64,000 nt of DNA, taken from positions 1-64,000 of the IMG/VR virus record IMGVR_UViG_3300023257_000007; one strand, given 5' to 3'. Numbering within the stretch: the first letter of the stretch is position 1; the number at the start of each line of letters is the position of its first letter. Both the position numbers and the translations under genes were made by a program. The notes below the pieces were generated by a model. It did no database searches. It was not told the DNA's origin and worked only from the letters and a program-made list of their open reading frames with translations. Below are positions 57,441 through 64,000 of the stretch, one piece after another.

Positions 57441-58031
57441 TTAATAGCCATATTCTAACTTCATTTTCGTTAATACATATTCAGTAATCAAATCCCAAGT
57501 CTTAATTTCATCTAAATCTCCAATACTAACTTTAATAGTTCTTGACAATTTTTCAGCCTTTGAACCATCAGTTGGTGGTTTAGTTGTTTTATAATCACCC
57601 GTATTTAATTCCAATATACAAATATGATATCTTGATAAATTTCCTTTATCTACATGTAAAGATTTATCAATATCTAACTGTTTAACATTCGATAAAACTA
57701 CACCAGCTTCTTCATATAATTCTCTTCTTATACAATTACCCACATTTTCATTAGATTCCATTGTACCTGAAATACAAGTTAAAAAATTAGTAACATTACT
57801 AAATCCCTTAACATCTTTATATTTTAATTGATAAGTTGGTATATATTCACTTCTTAATAATATAAAACCTTCATCTTTAAGTATAGGTAAAACTATGACT
57901 TTATCTGGTTCATCTTTTATATCCCAACCATCATGTTGAATAATACTTAACATTTTACCTTCATAAGGCTTAATCTGCTCCTCTTTTTCTTCTTTCTGTA
58001 CTTGTTTACTATAACTGGTAAATTTTTGCAT
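57441..58031 (-). CDS. NUDIX hydrolase
   Basis: SGTMESNENVGNCIRRELYEEAG Nudix box. Confidence 0.85.
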   Translation of the reverse strand: MQKFTSYSKQVQKEEKEEQIKPYEGKMLSIIQHDGWDIKDEPDKVIVLPILKDEGFILLRSEYIPTYQLKYKDVKGFSNVTNFLTCISGTMESNENVGNCIRRELYEEAGVVLSNVKQLDIDKSLHVDKGNLSRYHICILELNTGDYKTTKPPTDGSKAEKLSRTIKVSIGDLDEIKTWDLITEYVLTKMKLEYGY

Positions 58032-58097
58032 TAATTTTAGACTTTCAGTTTGAAACTATATATTAATATAAAATATCATAAATTTAAATTTAACAAA

Positions 58098-59042
58098 ATG
58101 AAAAGTATTACAAAACAAGAACTATTAGTAATTCTAAAAGAAATTATTACAAAACTCGAAAAAGAAGAAATACCTTACGAAATACCACTTTGTCATATTG
58201 ATAAAAATACTTTCAATTATATAGACTTTATAGTACCAGACAATATAGATGCTGTTACATTTGCAAATATATTAGATTTAACAATATATAAAAATGAAAA
58301 AGATAGAATTCAATTTGAATATAAAGATTTAAGAGTTAATTTTATTAAAAGTAATTTAACTGAATTAAAACCAACATATCATTATTATTCATGGAACATC
58401 TTATATCCAATATTAAATATTATGTTAGAAAAATTAAATCTAAGTTATACTACTCACGGTTTGAAATACATATTTGAAACTAAATCAATATTCATAAATA
58501 AAAATCTCCAGAAAATATTTGATTTCATGGAGATTAGCTTTAAAAATATTTATGGTATTAATATACCAACATTAAATCAAATATTTAATGAAATTATAAA
58601 ATCCTCATATTTCAATTATAATTTATTTACAAAAAAATCTTTTGAAAAACATGATCCAATGTATAAATATAATAAAGATTATTACGACAAGTTTTTAAAA
58701 TATATCAAAGTTATGAAGAATAGTGAATTAAACTTTGATTTTGATTCATTTGATGATTCTACTAAATTTGAAAATATACATTCATTCTTTCCTGAAAGTA
58801 AATTTCTAACTAGAATGTATAAAATATATGCAGAAAAACAAATACCAACGAAAATTTTAGAAAAAATAATGTCTAACAAACAAACACTAGAAGAAAAATT
58901 TGCAACAACTCCAAATATAGGGCAATTAATTAAAAGTAAAGAAAAAGAAATTCAAGATAATAAAATTAAAATGAAAAAACCTTCCTTACGTGATATCAAA
59001 GATATCAAAGAGGAAGGTGATAACATTTTTTGGGAAGATTAA
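58098..59042 (+). CDS. Degenerate nucleotidyltransferase-like protein
   Basis: YIDFIV / RVNFI / YYSWN loosely match phage Pol-beta-fold NTases; ATG at 58098. Confidence 0.3.
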   Translation: MKSITKQELLVILKEIITKLEKEEIPYEIPLCHIDKNTFNYIDFIVPDNIDAVTFANILDLTIYKNEKDRIQFEYKDLRVNFIKSNLTELKPTYHYYSWNILYPILNIMLEKLNLSYTTHGLKYIFETKSIFINKNLQKIFDFMEISFKNIYGINIPTLNQIFNEIIKSSYFNYNLFTKKSFEKHDPMYKYNKDYYDKFLKYIKVMKNSELNFDFDSFDDSTKFENIHSFFPESKFLTRMYKIYAEKQIPTKILEKIMSNKQTLEEKFATTPNIGQLIKSKEKEIQDNKIKMKKPSLRDIKDIKEEGDNIFWED

Positions 59043-59078
59043 AGTTCATAATCTAATTCAGAACCATTAGGAGAAATA

Positions 59079-59327
59079 TTAACCATTCTCATCTTTATCT
59101 ATTTTAATTTTTCCTTCACTCACATCTTTAAAAACTTTTGGGTGATAATCTTTAAACAATTGTAATCTGGTCGTTTCCCATCCAATTGGTGGTAATGTAA
59201 AATCTTCAAAATATGTGTAGCGAATCATACCACATAAATTAGATCCTGCTTTTTTAATAGAGTTATCTTTCAGAGTAACTTCAAATTCTCCATCACCTAT
59301 ATGTTTTATTTTGTAATCGTAATCCAT
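59079..59327 (-). CDS. Hypothetical protein
   Basis: ORF track. Confidence 0.55.
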   Translation of the reverse strand: MDYDYKIKHIGDGEFEVTLKDNSIKKAGSNLCGMIRYTYFEDFTLPPIGWETTRLQLFKDYHPKVFKDVSEGKIKIDKDENG

Positions 59328-59397
59328 TATTTTATTTTTGACATTTTATAAAATGAATCATTTTTCAATGCCTTTTGTATATCTTTTTATTATTTTT

Positions 59398-60429
59398 TTA
59401 AAAATCCCAGAAATCGTCTTTTTCTTCTTCAGATTTGAATTCTGGAAGTCTCATTTTCATTTTTTCAAGTAATATTTCTGGTAAAACCCATTCATCTAAA
59501 TATACAAGTTGAATATTCATTGTAATATTTTCTGTTACTTTATTAGAAACTTCTTGATTTGTGATCTTTTTATAATATATAGCAACATCTTTACATCTTT
59601 CAACAAATTGTTTTGATTTAAAATCTATATTATCAGGATACATTTCTTTATAAATATCATAACATTTTTCAGCACCTATATCTCCAATTCCTCTACCATT
59701 CTCATCATCCCAAACACCATTTTTAACTTTCATCACTCCTTTAACATTATCTCCAGAATCTCCAGAAACTATTTTACAAAATAATGATTTCTCATCATTC
59801 ACTTCTTTAAGTTTAGTATTCATTATCAATTGTTCTAGATAGTTAACAAATTCATCTTCATTTGACAAACTAAATATATCATTTGAATCACCATTAAGAC
59901 CATCTAAGAATATTTTATAATTTTCTGGAACATAAACACGTTGATCATTAAATTTATAATTCCACATAACATTAATATAATTTTTTTCAATATCATAATG
60001 AATTAATTGTTGAATATCAGCATCACTAGATACTATCATATTTGTATAGCCTTGTTTGTTTGATTGTTTAACAATATATGCTAATATATCATCACCTTCA
60101 AGTCCATCTACTTCTATTAAGTTACATCTAGGATTATTTGAAATTGATTGTTTGAAATCGTCATATTCTTTAAACACGAAATCCCAATCAATTGTCTCGT
60201 CTTTTTTTCTTGTGCCTTTATATTCTATATCTAAAAATTCTTTTCTCCAAGACTTTCCTCTATCAGAAACAAAATATATTTTATCAAAAGGGTAGGATTT
60301 TGTTATTTTGTCATAATCTCTTGACATCAATGCTATTAAATCTTCATTAATAGACCTTGATTTTTTTAGTATGAAAACATCTTTATATAAAAGATAGTTT
60401 CCATCTATAATACAACAAGTTTTTATCAT
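59398..60429 (-). CDS. rnh: 5'-3' exonuclease / T4-type RNase H
   Basis: IIDGN, GLEGDDI, SSDADI, SGDSGDNVKG. Confidence 0.9.
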   Translation of the reverse strand: MIKTCCIIDGNYLLYKDVFILKKSRSINEDLIALMSRDYDKITKSYPFDKIYFVSDRGKSWRKEFLDIEYKGTRKKDETIDWDFVFKEYDDFKQSISNNPRCNLIEVDGLEGDDILAYIVKQSNKQGYTNMIVSSDADIQQLIHYDIEKNYINVMWNYKFNDQRVYVPENYKIFLDGLNGDSNDIFSLSNEDEFVNYLEQLIMNTKLKEVNDEKSLFCKIVSGDSGDNVKGVMKVKNGVWDDENGRGIGDIGAEKCYDIYKEMYPDNIDFKSKQFVERCKDVAIYYKKITNQEVSNKVTENITMNIQLVYLDEWVLPEILLEKMKMRLPEFKSEEEKDDFWDF

Positions 60430-60445
60430 TCATAGTTTTTAATTT

Positions 60446-61069
60446 TTAATAGTGAAAACACACTCTAGTTTCAAATTTAACATTATGACCACCAAACGGA
60501 CGGTTCATACTATTTGGATTTTGTATTTCTATAATATGGCCCAATTGCATTATAAAAAATATACTTGCATTGAGTAACTTTTTATTTAATATTTGTGCCA
60601 TTTCTTTTATTAAAATATCTTTATAAATTTTATTATTATGTATTTCAATTATAGATCCATGATCAATTTTTTTAATATGTTGATATGGGTCATAACAACA
60701 ACTTGTTGAATAAGTTTCAATAGTAAATGTTTTACAGTAGTTTGAATAATCAGGAACATTTAATAAAAAATCATTTTCAAAAGACTGATTAATTTTTTCT
60801 TCAATAGGAAACTTATAATGAAAATAAGGTGCATCTATATTAACAACTTTCATATCTTCTATGTTAATTAAAGAGGCTAACTGTATCATAGATTTAACAG
60901 TTTCAATTTTAGTCTCATTTCTATCAGTTATACTATAATATGATGACGGACTCATATTATGAAAATCCATATTTATATATTTATTAATTGATTCAATTAA
61001 CCAAGGTATTTTATGGTCTTCAATTTTCAATTTCTTTATATAATCTTTAATTGATTGTAAATCATTCAT
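60446..61069 (-). CDS. Hypothetical protein
   Basis: Operon ORF. Confidence 0.65.
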   Translation of the reverse strand: MNDLQSIKDYIKKLKIEDHKIPWLIESINKYINMDFHNMSPSSYYSITDRNETKIETVKSMIQLASLINIEDMKVVNIDAPYFHYKFPIEEKINQSFENDFLLNVPDYSNYCKTFTIETYSTSCCYDPYQHIKKIDHGSIIEIHNNKIYKDILIKEMAQILNKKLLNASIFFIMQLGHIIEIQNPNSMNRPFGGHNVKFETRVCFHY

Positions 61070-61079
61070 ATTATTTTGT

Positions 61080-61385
61080 TTATCCTAATACATACTTTTC
61101 AGTAATTGGAACAGGAATTTCAATTGTACCACCTTGATTATCAGAAACTGTTTTAATAATTGTGAAAATTATATCTATACTTTCTAATTTCTCTAATTTT
61201 TTTGAAGTTTGACCATCTTCGACGAGCATTTCTTCAACAACGTAATTAAGTTTTATGCCAGGTTCTTCACCAAGACTTTGGTGTAAATCTTTCTTAATTT
61301 GTTCTACATCAATATCACTATTTAAATCTAATGAATTAATATAATTGTTAATTTGTTTCTTTTTGTGTAATTGCATATTATCCAT
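61080..61385 (-). CDS. Hypothetical protein
   Basis: Operon ORF. Confidence 0.65.
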   Translation of the reverse strand: MDNMQLHKKKQINNYINSLDLNSDIDVEQIKKDLHQSLGEEPGIKLNYVVEEMLVEDGQTSKKLEKLESIDIIFTIIKTVSDNQGGTIEIPVPITEKYVLG

Positions 61386-61393
61386 AACACTTT

Positions 61394-61939
61394 TTATTTT
61401 TTAGGTTTAAAAATCATTGTCATTCTTCTTCCTACTAATTTAGGCATCATTTCCACGATTGAATCATTTTCTAATTCACTAGCTAATCTTAATAATAAAA
61501 TTTCGCCTTTTTCTTTAAAAGTAATTTCTCTGCCTTTAAAAAACACATATGCCTTAACTTTATTGTTTTTTTGAAGAAAATTTCTAATATGATTCAATTT
61601 AAATTGAAAATCATGATTATCAGTATTTGGGCCAAATCTCACTTCTTTCAAACCCATTTGATTTTCTTTTTGTTTTTGTTCAATATCTTTTTGTTTCTTT
61701 TTTATTTCATAAAGAAACTTGTTATAATCAACCAATTTACATACAGGAGGTTTTGCATTTGGACTTATCTCTACTAAATCTACACCATACTCATCAGCTA
61801 AACTTATAGCTTCTTCTAATGTGTATATTCCTTTTTCTATCTCCTCTATATCACCTATTATTCTTACTTCAGTAATTTTACCCCATTGAGATATTTTAAT
61901 ATTAATTCTGTGTTGTTCTTTTTTATTTTGTCTCACCAT
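61394..61939 (-). CDS. infC: Translation initiation factor IF-3
   Basis: HRIN..I...EVRII, VDLVEISPNAKPPVCKLVDYNKF, LKEVRFGP..DNHD, KVKAYVFFKGRE. Confidence 0.96.
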   Translation of the reverse strand: MVRQNKKEQHRINIKISQWGKITEVRIIGDIEEIEKGIYTLEEAISLADEYGVDLVEISPNAKPPVCKLVDYNKFLYEIKKKQKDIEQKQKENQMGLKEVRFGPNTDNHDFQFKLNHIRNFLQKNNKVKAYVFFKGREITFKEKGEILLLRLASELENDSIVEMMPKLVGRRMTMIFKPKK

Positions 61940-62123
61940 ATATTTTTCTAATTCTATTAATTATATTTTTTTCTATTTTTTGTATATCATAATCTAGTGG
62001 TATACCTAAGTTACCATAAAGACTGTTTTTAATTATTTTAAGAGGTGCACCTAAATTACCAATCATTCTTCCTTTATATATTATCAAAGGCGCGCCCAAA
62101 TTACCCAAAACTTTATTCTGCAT
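61923..62123 (-). CDS. Small protein with three GNLGxPL repeats
   Basis: GNLGAPL x2, GNLGIPL. Confidence 0.6.
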   Translation of the reverse strand: MQNKVLGNLGAPLIIYKGRMIGNLGAPLKIIKNSLYGNLGIPLDYDIQKIEKNIINRIRKIYGETK

Positions 62124-62649
62124 AAAATCTACTCCTCAAAATCATTTTAGAATTATTAATATCTACTAAATCTAACGCTATACTTGACACTATTGCATAA
62201 GGTTTAAATAATTTCATATTAATAAGTTTCTCATTAATTTTTTCTACAGTTTCCTCAATTAATAAATTTTCTAAATCTGCAATAATATCTATTCCAACGT
62301 GTCTTAAATCTTCTACCTCATTCATTGGTATTATAATAGAAAATTGATATGTCTCTGTCATATGTTTCATATCAACTGCTCTCTGCATAGGTTCTACTTT
62401 AATACCATCTAAATTTAATTTAGAAAGTATCTTTATGGATATTGGTAATGTGTTATCTATTTCAGTCACATATTTATTATAAATAGGATTTTCAATATCT
62501 CTTGATATATAGGAATTTTTATTCATATCTCTCATTGCATGATATTCAGCATATATAGACATCCATTCCAAATCTTTCTCTTTTATATCTAAATTTTCAA
62601 GTACTGGTTTCCATTTATTAATTGATCTTACTTTATCAATATGTTCCAT
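62113..62649 (-). CDS. Hypothetical protein
   Basis: Operon ORF. Confidence 0.65.
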   Translation of the reverse strand: MEHIDKVRSINKWKPVLENLDIKEKDLEWMSIYAEYHAMRDMNKNSYISRDIENPIYNKYVTEIDNTLPISIKILSKLNLDGIKVEPMQRAVDMKHMTETYQFSIIIPMNEVEDLRHVGIDIIADLENLLIEETVEKINEKLINMKLFKPYAIVSSIALDLVDINNSKMILRSRFYAE

Positions 62650-63626
62650 TAATTATTCATTATATTTTTAAGTTCAGTAATAAAAGATACTAAATGTATT
62701 TCAGGATCTAAAGTTTGATCATATTCAGCATTATACTCTTTACACAATTTAATAAATTCCTGTCCTTTTTTAATAGCCAATGTACTATCTTTCTCTAAAA
62801 GATATTTAAAAAATGGTCTACCTAACAATTTAAGTAAAACATCCGTTTTATCTCTATAATTATCTAATACAAGATAATAATTCTGACCTACATTATTATC
62901 ATTATCCAATATATAGTCATAAAGTTCTAAATTAGTTGAATTTTTTTGTTCTTTTAATATTTCATAATCTCCAATTATTGATACTTCCTGTAAGTCTTGA
63001 ATTGAGGATCTAAAATCTGGAAAATTACTATTGATAATATTCTCTAATATCTGATCATTAATCTCTATTTTTTCAGATTTAGCAACAGTCTTCAAAAAAC
63101 TTAATTGTGATTTTCTAATAAACTGTGATTCATCACTATTTAAAGGTTCAAAATTAATAACATTAAATCTTGATAAAATCGCCATACCTGTTTCATCTCT
63201 TTGAAATTTAGACATACTATTCGCAGTCGCAACAAATCTAACATTATCAGAATGTTCTTCAATAAAACCTCTTAACCCTTCTCTAAATTGTCTAGTTGTA
63301 CCATCAAATTCTTCTAACCACACAGTTTTCATACCTTTATTACCCAGTAAACCATATGTTGTACAGTGATCATCTATCTTTTTTCTAACTGTATCAATAC
63401 CATTTTCAAGTGAACAGTTAATTTTTAAACAATTTGTTCCTTCTGTTAATATTTTTGCGAGTGTAGTTTTACCTATACCAGCACTTCCATAAAATATCAT
63501 ATTTGTTTTAATACCATCTTTAATAAATTTTTCAATTCGTGGTAATAAAAACATTTTTATTTTACCAGATTCTTTAATTAGTGTATTGGGTCTATATTTT
63601 TCCCAAAATAATTTGTCTTTAATCAT
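62649..63626 (-). CDS. Clamp loader ATPase subunit (gp44/RFC-like)
   Basis: FWEKYRP, GSAGIGKTT, WLEEFD, ILSRF, DFR. Confidence 0.92.
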   Translation of the reverse strand: MIKDKLFWEKYRPNTLIKESGKIKMFLLPRIEKFIKDGIKTNMIFYGSAGIGKTTLAKILTEGTNCLKINCSLENGIDTVRKKIDDHCTTYGLLGNKGMKTVWLEEFDGTTRQFREGLRGFIEEHSDNVRFVATANSMSKFQRDETGMAILSRFNVINFEPLNSDESQFIRKSQLSFLKTVAKSEKIEINDQILENIINSNFPDFRSSIQDLQEVSIIGDYEILKEQKNSTNLELYDYILDNDNNVGQNYYLVLDNYRDKTDVLLKLLGRPFFKYLLEKDSTLAIKKGQEFIKLCKEYNAEYDQTLDPEIHLVSFITELKNIMNN

Positions 63627-63686
63627 AATTCATAAATTTAAAATTCTGGATATTATACTTAATAATAAAAAGTTAGTTTAAATTAA

Positions 63687-63713
63687 AAAAGCACCATATT
63701 TCATGGTGCTTTT
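63687..63713. terminator. Intrinsic terminator
   Basis: AAAAGCACCAT-ATTTC-ATGGTGCTTTT. Confidence 0.8.
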
Positions 63714-63735
63714 AAGATTATTTAATATTTAATTT

Positions 63736-64000
63736 CTATGAAATAGGTCCATTTTGATTTTGTGATTGATCTGTAGGGAAATTATATTGATTTTTTTCAG
63801 GTATAAAAGTATCATTTGGAGTTACATCATCTATTTTTTCTTCTGTTTTTATTTCCCAATCTTTTTCTAAATGAAATTCTGATTCATCAACATAAATTAA
63901 ATCATCTAATAATTCATCTGATTTAATACTCATATCTTCTTCTAAGTTAACAACTTTTTCAATTTTATCAAAATTATCAAAATTTTCAAAACCACATTTA
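63736..64000 (-). CDS. Partial hypothetical protein (5' end beyond the window)
   Basis: Frame stays open upstream of the listed ATG to the window edge (KCGFENFDNFDK...). Confidence 0.6.
   Translation of the reverse strand, partial: KCGFENFDNFDKIEKVVNLEEDMSIKSDELLDDLIYVDESEFHLEKDWEIKTEEKIDDVTPNDTFIPEKNQYNFPTDQSQNQNGPIS

Noticed and set aside
570-61809. Many short antisense or overlapping ORFs in the track (e.g. 570-830, 2138-2557, 7946-8161, 16100-16324, 36738-37031, 53921-54160, 61571-61777)
   Set aside because: Nested within well-supported genes, with Phe/Leu/Ser-rich shadow composition.
1-64000. Genome-wide stop-codon reassignment (TAG or TGA)
   Set aside because: Genes tile the window fully in code 11. 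TAG ends at 13762, 38359, 38372 and 55226 behave as real stops. Only pth2 and the minigene need readthrough.

Overview
A very AT-rich, densely coded segment of a T4-like jumbo phage. The host is probably Bacteroidota: most genes lack Shine-Dalgarno sites and one TAnnTTTG promoter is present. Core genes: gp46/SbcC, primase, B-family DNA polymerase, sliding clamp, clamp loader, RNase H, terminase large subunit, neck and baseplate proteins. Three core genes (gp46, PolB, TerL) are fractured into split-intein halves around a Vsr-like homing endonuclease gene, and four Hef-like endonucleases are free-standing. Accessory content: a two-component cluster, NAD salvage (pncB, nadE, NUDIX, PncA-like), a deoC/nucleotide-hydrolase block, IF3, ClpS, a minimal RNase P RNA, tRNAs, and a ~1.25 kb GOLLD-like structured RNA with an embedded tRNA-like domain. 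The most striking signal is an apparent translation-surveillance system not shown in the ORF track. (1) Two tRNA arrays each sit behind a leader-peptide attenuator whose control codons match the tRNAs downstream: Phe/His/Trp before tRNA-His, -Trp, -Phe, and Ser/Lys before tRNA-Lys and -Ser. (2) A peptidyl-tRNA hydrolase (Pth2) gene has an amber stop at codon 3, and the same co-directional gene run contains a second ATG-NNN-TAG minigene and ends in a tRNA whose best fold gives a CUA (amber-suppressor) anticodon. About 25 small proteins share an N-terminal motif resembling the T4 capsid-targeting sequence. All calls are by eye; no searches were run.
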